Notes: generated by a model from the letters alone, not told the origin. DNA of 35,647 nt from a bacterium (GCA_043736875.1 JAYTBU010000027.1:1-35647), one strand, 5' to 3'. Positions 17,113-24,886 are shown, counted from the first letter of the stretch. Translations and numbers: made by a program.

Positions 17113-18321
17113 ATGAAATATAAATACAAAATATTTGGTCAGGATACAAAAATAAAAGAGGGTTATGTCGAGGATACCAGTAGAGAAAATGTGATCTTAA
17201 AGTTGCAGGCCGAGGGTAATATAATCATAACTGTAGAAGAGTCTATGGTTGTAGATGAGCTTTCTTTTTTTAAAAGATATCAAAAGAGAATAACAAAAAA
17301 AGATATAGTGTTATCGACAAAGCAATTGTCAACTTTGGTGGGTGGTGGAGTGCAGATACTAAGGGCTTTTAGGTTGCTTTCTAGTGAATCATCTTCTGCT
17401 GGTTTAGGAGAAAGATTCAAGATAATAGCAGATGATATACAGGCTGGTATGCAAGTATACAAGGCAATGTCTAGACATAGTGATGTTTTCGATTCTTTTT
17501 ATATATCTATGGTGCATAGCGGTGAAGAGACTGGAAAGTTAAAAGAAACTTTTGAATACTTGGCTGATTATATAGAAAGGAATTATGAGCTTGTGCAAAA
17601 AACAAAAAAAGCTTTGACATATCCTATGTTTGTTATAGCTACATTTATCGTTGTTATGATGATAATGGCTTTTGTTGTTTTGCCAAAATTAGTTGCCCTG
17701 ATATCAGAGCAAGGCCAAGAGATACCAGCTTTTACCAGGGGTATACTATGGGTATCTAACTTTTTGAAAGATTTTTGGTATATAGTTTTTCCAGCTATTG
17801 GGGCATTTATATTTTACCTATTTCAATATTCTAAAACTCCAGGAGGAGTGGCTTATTTTGACACTTTAAAGCTAAAAGTACCGATACTTAGTGGTTTGTA
17901 TCAAAAGCTATACTTGTCGCGCTTTGCTGACAATATAGATACTATGATAGGCTCTGGAGTGCCGATAGTTCAGTCACTGCAAATAACAGCTGAAGTAGTT
18001 GATAATTATGTTTTTAAAAAGATATTTGAAAGAGTGGCTGAGAAAGTTAAACAAGGTAAAATCTTGTCTGTTGCGCTAACAGAAGAGCCGATGATACCAA
18101 ATATTATGGTTCAGATGACCAGAATAGGAGAGGAGACTGGCGAGCTGGGTTACATGCTTAAAAATGTAGCAAAGTTCTACAAAAGAGAGTTAGAACAGAC
18201 AATAGAGTCAACGATATCGCTCATAGAGCCGCTTATGATAGTAGCTCTCGGCGGTGGTGTCGGACTACTCATGGCCTCTGTGCTTATGCCTATGTATAAC
18301 ATAGCTAGCTCTATACAATAA
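17113..18321 (+). CDS. pilC: Type IV pilus platform protein PilC (GspF family)
   Basis: 402 aa with a duplicated GspF-type domain, three hydrophobic spans, and a position after pilB/pilT. Confidence 0.9.
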   Translation: MKYKYKIFGQDTKIKEGYVEDTSRENVILKLQAEGNIIITVEESMVVDELSFFKRYQKRITKKDIVLSTKQLSTLVGGGVQILRAFRLLSSESSSAGLGERFKIIADDIQAGMQVYKAMSRHSDVFDSFYISMVHSGEETGKLKETFEYLADYIERNYELVQKTKKALTYPMFVIATFIVVMMIMAFVVLPKLVALISEQGQEIPAFTRGILWVSNFLKDFWYIVFPAIGAFIFYLFQYSKTPGGVAYFDTLKLKVPILSGLYQKLYLSRFADNIDTMIGSGVPIVQSLQITAEVVDNYVFKKIFERVAEKVKQGKILSVALTEEPMIPNIMVQMTRIGEETGELGYMLKNVAKFYKRELEQTIESTISLIEPLMIVALGGGVGLLMASVLMPMYNIASSIQ

Positions 18322-18337
18322 TATAAATAATAATTAT

Positions 18338-18928
18338 ATGCAAATCATGACAAAAAATCTAAAATACATAAAATACTTTTTACTAACACTTGCTGTTATA
18401 ATTCCTTTCCTACCAATTTTTGTAAAAGGGTTAGGAAAAGATCTTGGAGGTATTTCTCTTAATTTACTTTTACTGTCTCTCTTAATTGGCCCACTCAGTA
18501 AATTATTTACCAAAAATATTATTGGTAAATCTATGACTTTTTTGATGAATATAAGAGGGGAGATAGGCATACTTATGGCGAGTACTGCGATAGGTCACGG
18601 AGTATCATTTTTAACCAATCCTTATTTTCAAAATTTTATGAGTGATGTAAATATACCTTTTACACAAAAGTTACCAACAGTTTTAGGTGTGTGGGCCATG
18701 CTACTCACTATACCATTACTTATAACTTCTAATATTTATTTAAAAGATAAGATGGGTGATTGGTGGTTTAGATTACACAAGCTTGCCTACGTTATATTTA
18801 TACTTGGTGCTCTACATTCTGCAACTATAAAAGGTGGATTTAGTTTAGATAGTGTTGTAAAAACATTGCCAATTATTTTCGTATATATTTTTGTTGTATT
18901 AGCTGCGAGAAAATGGGGTAAGAAATAA
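18338..18928 (+). CDS. Ferric-reductase-like transmembrane domain protein (YedZ/MsrQ-like)
   Basis: 196 aa with about 6 TM spans. Conserved-looking His positions (GEIGILMASTAIGHGVSF and WWFRLHKLAYVIFILGALHS) parallel the RRxLGL...LH and RWxxLHxxVY...H blocks of MsrQ. The MsrQ blocks are recalled from memory. Confidence 0.55.
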   Translation: MQIMTKNLKYIKYFLLTLAVIIPFLPIFVKGLGKDLGGISLNLLLLSLLIGPLSKLFTKNIIGKSMTFLMNIRGEIGILMASTAIGHGVSFLTNPYFQNFMSDVNIPFTQKLPTVLGVWAMLLTIPLLITSNIYLKDKMGDWWFRLHKLAYVIFILGALHSATIKGGFSLDSVVKTLPIIFVYIFVVLAARKWGKK

Positions 18929-18946
18929 TTTTTAAAAACAGATCTT

Positions 18947-20029
18947 TTAATCTAAAACATATTTCTCATTTTCAAATATAACTTCTTCTAACTTTGTATT
19001 TTTATTTATAGTTGTAACTTTATCTACAACAGGGAATAGGTCCACGTGATACTTTGTTTTTTTACTTATGAGTCCCTCCTTTTTATACACGCTATGTTTT
19101 TCACCCATAGACAAATGCATGCCATATATACGCTCAAATGCTGTTATATCACCCAGGAACCTTTCTTTTGTTATTGCTTTGTTTAGACCAAAACCTATTT
19201 CACGTATTAGTGACCTCTCATAATCTTTTACTTGATTAAAGATATTTACAAACTCGAGAGGAGCATTGTCGTCATATCCAACCACTACACCTTTTTCTAT
19301 TGTAATATCAAATGGTTCATACATTTGCATATTAAAATCAGTATCAGCTAATGCGTAGATCAGTACTTTACCACTCATATTTTCCAATAGTTTACTTTCA
19401 GTAAAAACTTCACCAATAGGAAAAGTTCCGCCAATATTTTCCATTTGACTGTAATCGCCTATGTTTAATTTTGCTTCTTCTAACTCTCCATTTATTTCCA
19501 AAAAGTTTTCGCCACTTTTGATAATTAACTTTTCACTATTTGCTAATTTATTTTTAATATTATGTGCGTGATTATAATAATAGTCTTTGTCATATTCTAA
19601 GCTATTCACATATACATCCCACACATTCTCATCATTTCTATCTAGGTGCATATGCTCTATCACTTTTAATTTTTTAGTAAATAGGTGCAAACGTATTCTA
19701 AAGTCATCTAATCTAAAATTGGTAGTCTGTATCATAACAACTAGGTCCCTTTCTTTTAACTTTTCTATTTCTCTCAAAATCTCTTCTTTATTACTTTTAT
19801 CAAAATCTAAAAACTCTACCTTTTTTTCAAAGATTTCAAAATCTCCCCCACAGATTTCAGTCAGAGATTTTTTGTAACTCTCAGTCAATATATTAGTCAG
19901 TCCATTTTGAGTATCGTAAATAACTAAAACATTTTCGGTTTCTTTGTTGTATTTTATACTTAGATTTAAAATATTTTTTATATTTTTAGTACAAGTTTTT
20001 ATTAAGTTTTGATTTTCTATTGAGTTCAT
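18947..20029 (-). CDS. M29 (AmpS/aminopeptidase T)-like protein
   Basis: 360 aa. Motifs GGTFPIGEVFTE, EIGFGLN, FERIYGMHLSMGEKH and KYHVDL resemble the conserved blocks of family M29 aminopeptidases. Metal-ligand conservation was not verified. Confidence 0.5.
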   Translation of the reverse strand: MNSIENQNLIKTCTKNIKNILNLSIKYNKETENVLVIYDTQNGLTNILTESYKKSLTEICGGDFEIFEKKVEFLDFDKSNKEEILREIEKLKERDLVVMIQTTNFRLDDFRIRLHLFTKKLKVIEHMHLDRNDENVWDVYVNSLEYDKDYYYNHAHNIKNKLANSEKLIIKSGENFLEINGELEEAKLNIGDYSQMENIGGTFPIGEVFTESKLLENMSGKVLIYALADTDFNMQMYEPFDITIEKGVVVGYDDNAPLEFVNIFNQVKDYERSLIREIGFGLNKAITKERFLGDITAFERIYGMHLSMGEKHSVYKKEGLISKKTKYHVDLFPVVDKVTTINKNTKLEEVIFENEKYVLD

Positions 20030-20056
20030 ACTTATATTATACCATATTTTCTAATT

Positions 20057-20084
20057 TTGAAAAAAGACATTTTTATAGTATAAT
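20057..20084 (+). promoter_or_regulatory. Sigma70-type promoter (TTGAAA-16 nt-TATAAT) for the dus gene
   Basis: TTGAAA at 20057-20062 and TATAAT at 20079-20084, about 37 nt upstream of the ATG at 20122. Confidence 0.55.
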
Positions 20085-20121
20085 GTCAAATAGATAATTA
20101 TTATATTTAATAAATAAAAAT

Positions 20122-21147
20122 ATGTACAAAGGATTTTGGAAAGATATACAGGAAAAAGCTGAATCAGAAAATAGGCCGATATACACTTTGGCTCCGATGG
20201 CCGATGTGACCGACGTGGCTTTTCGTCACATGATAGCGAAACATGGTAAACCAGATGTGACTTGGACAGAGTTCGTATCTTGTAATGGCCTCATGAGTGC
20301 AGGCAGGGAAGTGCTTAAAAGAGATCTAGAATACAGTGAGATAGAGAGACCGATAGTGGCTCAGCTATTTACCAATGATCCAGAAACTATGGAGGGGGCA
20401 GCACGTTTATGTCTTGAGCTTGGTTTTGATGGTATAGATATAAATATGGGCTGCCCAGTAAATACTATAGGCAAGCAAGGTGCTGGAGCAGGTCTTATAA
20501 AAACTCCAGACATAGCTCAGCAGCTCATATATGCGGCTCAGAGAGGTGCAGTGCTAAAAGATGATGCTGGTAACATCTTGAAGCAAATCCCCGTCACAGT
20601 AAAGACCAGATTAGGATATCATAGAACTGATGAGTACAAGGAGTGGCTCTCTAAAATATTGGAATGCAATGTTCCAGTTCTTAGTCTTCATCTACGCACA
20701 AAACAAGAGATGTCTCTGGTACCAGCCCATTACGAAATGATTGATGAGGTGCATGACTTTGTAAAAGAAAAATCTCCCGATACTATATTTATAATTAATG
20801 GTGATATCAAAAACATAAAACACTCGCAAGAATTGTATGAAAAATACAAAATAGACGGTGTGATGATAGGCAGAGGAATATTTGGAACGCCGTGGCTTTT
20901 TAATAGAGAAAGAGATACAAAAGGTTTAGAGTACTCTTTAAAAGAAAAATTAGAAATAATGCTAGAGCACACAAAGCTTTTTCAAGAAAAATTAAGTGAT
21001 ATAAAAAGTTTTTCTATTATGAAAAAGCATTACAAAGCATATGTTAATGGTTTTGATGGGGCAAAAGAATTGAGGGAGAGACTGTTTGAAACAAATGATT
21101 ATGATGAAGTAGAAAAGATAATTCTAGAATATATAAAAAGTATATAG
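20122..21147 (+). CDS. dus: tRNA-dihydrouridine synthase
   Basis: 341 aa with LAPMADVTDVAFR, DINMGCP and VKTRLG motifs typical of the Dus family. Confidence 0.9.
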   Translation: MYKGFWKDIQEKAESENRPIYTLAPMADVTDVAFRHMIAKHGKPDVTWTEFVSCNGLMSAGREVLKRDLEYSEIERPIVAQLFTNDPETMEGAARLCLELGFDGIDINMGCPVNTIGKQGAGAGLIKTPDIAQQLIYAAQRGAVLKDDAGNILKQIPVTVKTRLGYHRTDEYKEWLSKILECNVPVLSLHLRTKQEMSLVPAHYEMIDEVHDFVKEKSPDTIFIINGDIKNIKHSQELYEKYKIDGVMIGRGIFGTPWLFNRERDTKGLEYSLKEKLEIMLEHTKLFQEKLSDIKSFSIMKKHYKAYVNGFDGAKELRERLFETNDYDEVEKIILEYIKSI

Positions 21148-21453
21148 TTTTATTTATTAGTATATTTGTGGATAAGTGTTGAAAATTAATTTATATTTTA
21201 TCTCTTATATAGTATAATATAAATATATAAAATAATTAAAATAAAATATATGGCAAAAAAAGAACAACATGGTGGACGTGAAGCTAAAAAACCAAAAAAA
21301 GTAGTTGTTAAAAAATAGTTTAAAATAAGGGTAAAAATCATTTGAATTTTTTTTGAAAATAGTGTATAATGTAAACATAGATTTGATAGAGTAATCTTTC
21401 AAGTCTAGTAAGTAAAAATAATTTATTTCCAAATTTTTTATTTTTACTAACAT

Positions 21454-21528
21454 TCCGTGATAGCTCAGCGGTAGAGCAGTTCCCTGTTAAGGAATTGGTC
21501 GTAGGTTCGATCCCTACTCACGGAGCCA
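21454..21528 (+). tRNA. tRNA-Asn: tRNA-Asn (GTT), CCA encoded
   Basis: Acceptor TCCGTGA/TCACGGA. D arm GCTC-AGCGGTA-GAGC. Anticodon arm GTTCC-CTGTTAA-GGAAT. T arm GTAGG-TTCGATC-CCTAC. Ends in G-CCA. Confidence 0.9.
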
Positions 21529-21535
21529 GAAAAAT

Positions 21536-21567
21536 AAAACCTCTCATCTGAGAGTTTTTATTTTTTA
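21536..21567 (+). terminator. Weak hairpin plus long T run after tRNA-Asn
   Basis: CTCTC-ATCT-GAGAG followed by TTTTTATTTTTT. Confidence 0.45.
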
Positions 21568-21572
21568 TCAGC

Positions 21573-21617
21573 TATATTTATTTTAGATAAAGTGTGGTAT
21601 CATAAAATCATGAAATT
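21573..21617 (+). repeat. 45-bp direct repeat, copy 1 (decayed copy of the pseudouridine-synthase promoter and start)
   Basis: TATATTTATTTTAGATAAAGTGTGGTATcATAAAATCATGAAATT is identical to 22181-22225 except C/A at 21601/22209. That change turns TATAAT into TATCAT. Confidence 0.9.
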
Positions 21618-21711
21618 ATGGAAGAAGTAAATCCACAAATGACTCGATTAATAGTAGATAAAAGTATGGAAAGTAAACAAGAAACATTTTCAGTAAATTG
21701 TTAATAAAAAT

Positions 21712-22194
21712 ATGAAAAAAGGCTATCTTAGTTTTAGTTTAAATAAAAAATCTAATGATGATGTTGCTAAATTTGTCAATTCTTTAAATGAAAGTATTTT
21801 TGCACATAAAAATATTAACGGTAAAATAATAGGTGGTAAAGAAAAAGATTTACATATGACTTTATTTTTTGGTATTAATGATGAAAAGTTGAATAGTGGA
21901 AAAATGAATACTTTTTTAGAAAGTGTAAAATTAAAATCATTAAACGTAAAAGATTTAGACTTATTTAAGATAAAGGGAATGAAAGAAAAAGTTTTAGTTA
22001 TAAAATTAGAAAAAAATGAAGAATTAGAAAAACTTAGAAATTCTGTTTTTAATTTTGATTATTTTGAAGATGGATTTACTAACAGCTACACTCCACACAT
22101 AACATTGGGTTATGTAAAATCTGGTATAAATATTTCTAATATGAGCATAAATATTAAAAGTGTTGATTTCGAAAAACCTTTATATTTATTTTAG
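21712..22194 (+). CDS. 2H phosphoesterase superfamily protein (LigT/cyclic phosphodiesterase-like)
   Basis: 160 aa with two H-x-T-x motifs at the expected spacing (LHMTLFFG and PHITLGYV). Very AT-rich. The last codons and the stop lie inside repeat copy 2. Confidence 0.65.
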   Translation: MKKGYLSFSLNKKSNDDVAKFVNSLNESIFAHKNINGKIIGGKEKDLHMTLFFGINDEKLNSGKMNTFLESVKLKSLNVKDLDLFKIKGMKEKVLVIKLEKNEELEKLRNSVFNFDYFEDGFTNSYTPHITLGYVKSGINISNMSINIKSVDFEKPLYLF

Positions 22195-22225
22195 ATAAAG
22201 TGTGGTATAATAAAATCATGAAATT
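22181..22225 (+). repeat. 45-bp direct repeat, copy 2 (functional TGgTATAAT promoter and start of the pseudouridine synthase gene)
   Basis: Matches 21573-21617 at 44 of 45 positions. Contains TG at 22203-22204, TATAAT at 22206-22211 and the ATG at 22218 (6-nt gap). Confidence 0.9.
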
Positions 22226-22886
22226 CACAGTAAAAAACACAGGTAGAATAAATAAAGCAATACAGGATACTGGTATGTATTCGCGTCGTGAGGCTGATTC
22301 GTTAATAGAAAGGAGAAAAGTACATGTTAATGACACTTTTGGATATTTGGGTATGCAGGTGAGAGAGGGTGATAGTATAGAGATACGTTCTGGCACAGCA
22401 CAAATAGAAAAGAAATTAGAATATGCGCTTTATTATAAACCAATAGGAGAAGTGACTAGTACAAAAGAAGCAGAACTATTAAAAGGTTTACACCCAGTTG
22501 GCAGATTAGACAAAGAATCAGAAGGGTTGCTGGTATATACAAATGATCCGACACTAACCGAGGCACTGATGAACCCTGAAAATAAAATTGAAAAAGAGTA
22601 TAGAGTTAAGACGAGAGAAAAGAGCTCTCCTAGAGTACCACGCATCATGATGAGTGGTATGTATACTCAAGAAGAAAAGTATGCGCCAGCCAAAATGGTA
22701 AAAGTAGATGATGGGGGACATCACTTGACTGTTGTTCTGGTTGAGGGTAAAAAACATGAGATAAGACGTATGTTAAATGCTCTGAATATGACTATTGTTA
22801 GTCTGAAAAGAATCAGAATACACAATCTGAAAATAGGAACTATGAAGCCTGGACAGATAAAGAAAATAGAGAGACCGGTTATTTAG
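22218..22886 (+). CDS. Pseudouridine synthase, RsuA/RluB/RluF family
   Basis: 222 aa counted from the ATG at 22218. N-terminal S4-like segment (INKAIQDTGMYSRREADSLIERRKVHVN) and catalytic motif VGRLDKESEGLLVYTND. Confidence 0.85.
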   Translation: MKFTVKNTGRINKAIQDTGMYSRREADSLIERRKVHVNDTFGYLGMQVREGDSIEIRSGTAQIEKKLEYALYYKPIGEVTSTKEAELLKGLHPVGRLDKESEGLLVYTNDPTLTEALMNPENKIEKEYRVKTREKSSPRVPRIMMSGMYTQEEKYAPAKMVKVDDGGHHLTVVLVEGKKHEIRRMLNALNMTIVSLKRIRIHNLKIGTMKPGQIKKIERPVI

Positions 22887-22894
22887 TTTTTTGC

Positions 22895-22926
22895 TTGACA
22901 GTATGGGGGGGGGTCTATGCTATAAT
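22895..22926 (+). promoter_or_regulatory. Promoter with consensus TTGACA and TGcTATAAT separated by a 20-nt spacer containing a G9 homopolymer
   Basis: TTGACA at 22895-22900, G9 at 22905-22913, TG at 22918-22919, TATAAT at 22921-22926. An in-frame ATG follows after exactly 6 nt, at 22933. Confidence 0.55.
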
Positions 22927-22932
22927 TTAGTC

Positions 22933-23508
22933 ATGTTTAAGTATTTAGGGTTTGCGTTCTGCGGACCTGACTTAACACACAGAATTATATTCTGTAAATT
23001 GTTCTTTCAGGAGATTGTCATGGAAATGAAAATTGTTTTAAAAAGACCAGCAGTCAAATCATCTCTACTTGATGCAAGGCTGCATTCAGGTGAAAAAGAA
23101 GACTTTATTGTTTGGGGCAAGATCATTGTTGCAGATTTTGAAAGAGAGAAGTCTTACCTCTCAATGACAAAATCATATTCACAAGATAAGGTTGCTGAAA
23201 TGGAGCTAGAATTTAAAAAATACATGTTCCTTTCTTCAAAGTATAAAGATTTAAAATTACCAATGTCTAGGGGTGTAGACGATTTCTGGCACACCGCCAT
23301 TCTAAATACTAGAAACTATCAAACTTTCTGTGAAGAGGTTTTGGGAAGATTTATTCACCACATGCCTACTATTTCAGATGAAGAAAATTGGTCACTTATG
23401 CCAGAGTATTTAAAGAACACAATACCTCTTTACTCTAAACACTTTGGTGCATGTCCAGATCAATACTGGAAGACAGGTTCACATAAAGAATCTTGTTGTA
23501 TTTGCTGA
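22933..23508 (+). CDS. Protein with a WHTAIL...Y..FC...G...HH block (DUF1399/GRDP-like, from memory) and a Cys-rich C-terminus; alternative SD-preceded start at 23020
   Basis: The frame is open from 22891. The ATG at 22933 has the leaderless 6-nt spacing. The ATG at 23020 is preceded by AGGAG (23009-23013). The protein contains DDFWHTAILNTRNYQTFCEEVLGRFIHHMP and ends ...GACPDQYWKTGSHKESCCIC. It carries the only TGA stop seen in the window. Confidence 0.55.
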   Translation: MFKYLGFAFCGPDLTHRIIFCKLFFQEIVMEMKIVLKRPAVKSSLLDARLHSGEKEDFIVWGKIIVADFEREKSYLSMTKSYSQDKVAEMELEFKKYMFLSSKYKDLKLPMSRGVDDFWHTAILNTRNYQTFCEEVLGRFIHHMPTISDEENWSLMPEYLKNTIPLYSKHFGACPDQYWKTGSHKESCCIC

Positions 23509-23512
23509 CTCT

Positions 23513-23543
23513 AAAAATCCAGTCTTCGGCCTGGATTTTTTTT
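23513..23543 (+). terminator. Rho-independent terminator
   Basis: AAAAATCCAG-TCTTCGGC-CTGGATTTTT followed by additional Ts. Confidence 0.7.
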
Positions 23544-23544
23544 A

Positions 23545-23553
23545 TGTTATAAT
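23545..23553 (+). promoter_or_regulatory. Extended -10 promoter (TGtTATAAT) for cysS
   Basis: TG at 23545-23546 and TATAAT at 23548-23553, then 10 nt to the ATG at 23564. No Shine-Dalgarno sequence. Confidence 0.55.
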
Positions 23554-23563
23554 ACTTAGATAT

Positions 23564-24886
23564 ATGAAAAAAGAAATTTTTATACTAAATACACTTTCTA
23601 AAGAAAAAGAAAAATTTACCCCTCTCAGAGAGGGTGAGGTTAAAATATATCACTGTGGTCCTACGGTCTACTGGAATCAGCACATAGGAAATATGAGAGC
23701 TGTTTTTTTTGCTGACATAATAAATAGGGTTTTTAGGTTTAATAATTACAAGGTGATTCTGGTTAGAAATTATACAGATGTTGGGCATCTTACTGGTGAC
23801 AACATAGGAGATGCTGACACTGGTATCGATAGAATGGAGAAAGCTTCTCTGAGAGAAGGTCTATCTGCTTTAGAAATATCTAACAAGTATATAAGTTCAT
23901 ATCTAGAAGATATAAAAATGTTGAATGTTATACTCCCAGATTTTACACCATCTGCAACAGAGCATATTGTTGACATGATTAATATGGTTGAGATTTTAAT
24001 ATCCAAAGGTTTTGCTTACATTACAGATCTGGCAGTATATTTTGATGTTAAGAAAGCTAAAGATTATTATAGACTGTCTGGTCAAAAGTTTTCTAAATTA
24101 AAAGAAGGGGAAGGTTTTGGCCAGGTATCAGATTTAAATAAAAGAAATAGTAATGATTTTGCCTTATGGTTTTTTAGAGCAGGTACACACTCTAACATAT
24201 TACAGTTTTGGAGCTCCCCCTTCAAGTCTTCTTTGGTAGAAAATGGACAAGGTTTCCCTGGTTGGCATATAGAGTGTTCAGCTATGAGTAAATTTTTTCT
24301 AGGAAATAGTTTCGATATTCATCTCGGCGGAATAGAACACATTCCAATACATCATACAAATGAAATAGCTCAATCAGAAAATGCTAACGGAGAGAAGTAT
24401 GTCAATTATTGGATGCATAATGAGCATTTACTTGTGGAGAATAAGAAAATGTCAAAGTCAGAAGGTACATCTTTTTTACTAAGCGATGTAATCAGTATGG
24501 TAGATAATTTTGATGGAAATAAAAAAATCTCAGAATCTTTGAAGGCTTTAGTTTTAAGATATTTTTTCTTGCAAGCTCACTACAGATCAAAACAAAATTT
24601 TACAACAGAAGCACTAAAAGCTTCTTTTTCAGCCTATAATAAATTATTAAATAAGATTCATTTTATGGGGCTAGAGTCCTCACATTTTTTTGGAGTTGTT
24701 AATGAGCATTATATTAATAAGTTTACTTTGGTTATAAATGATGATTTTAATACTCCCAAAGGTTTAGCTATTTTGTGGGAGCTCATAAAGGATAAAGATG
24801 TTTCAAATTCTGAAAAATTAGAAACTATTTTTGAGATGGATAAAGTGCTAGGTTTAAATTTAAAAATAGAGAGGCCTGTTATCTAG
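23564..24886 (+). CDS. cysS: Cysteine-tRNA ligase
   Basis: 440 aa counted from the ATG at 23564. Contains CGPTVY...HIGN (HIGH motif), WHIECS and KMSKS. The upstream extension in the ORF track overlaps the previous gene and a terminator. Confidence 0.92.
   Translation: MKKEIFILNTLSKEKEKFTPLREGEVKIYHCGPTVYWNQHIGNMRAVFFADIINRVFRFNNYKVILVRNYTDVGHLTGDNIGDADTGIDRMEKASLREGLSALEISNKYISSYLEDIKMLNVILPDFTPSATEHIVDMINMVEILISKGFAYITDLAVYFDVKKAKDYYRLSGQKFSKLKEGEGFGQVSDLNKRNSNDFALWFFRAGTHSNILQFWSSPFKSSLVENGQGFPGWHIECSAMSKFFLGNSFDIHLGGIEHIPIHHTNEIAQSENANGEKYVNYWMHNEHLLVENKKMSKSEGTSFLLSDVISMVDNFDGNKKISESLKALVLRYFFLQAHYRSKQNFTTEALKASFSAYNKLLNKIHFMGLESSHFFGVVNEHYINKFTLVINDDFNTPKGLAILWELIKDKDVSNSEKLETIFEMDKVLGLNLKIERPVI

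Noticed and set aside
21167-21175. Perfect DnaA box (TGTGGATAA, the complement of TTATCCACA) in the AT-rich spacer after dus.
   Set aside because: A single 9-mer is expected by chance at appreciable frequency in 35 kb on two strands. There is no cluster of boxes and no dnaA or dnaN nearby, so it is not called as an origin.
21205-21453. 82-aa minus-strand ORF in the dus to tRNA-Asn spacer.
   Set aside because: It is extreme low complexity (Phe/Tyr/Asn/Leu runs) derived from an AT-rich intergenic region containing promoter-like boxes, with no coding signal.
23444-23563. N-terminal extensions proposed by the ORF track: cysS from 23444, 22891 for the Cys-tailed gene, 26250, 11140, 4790, 14253 and 22200.
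   Set aside because: These use GTT/TTG/GTG-type starts, or run through the preceding gene, a terminator or a promoter box. In each case an in-frame ATG with a TATAAT box 6-10 nt upstream, or the conserved protein N-terminus, gives a better start.
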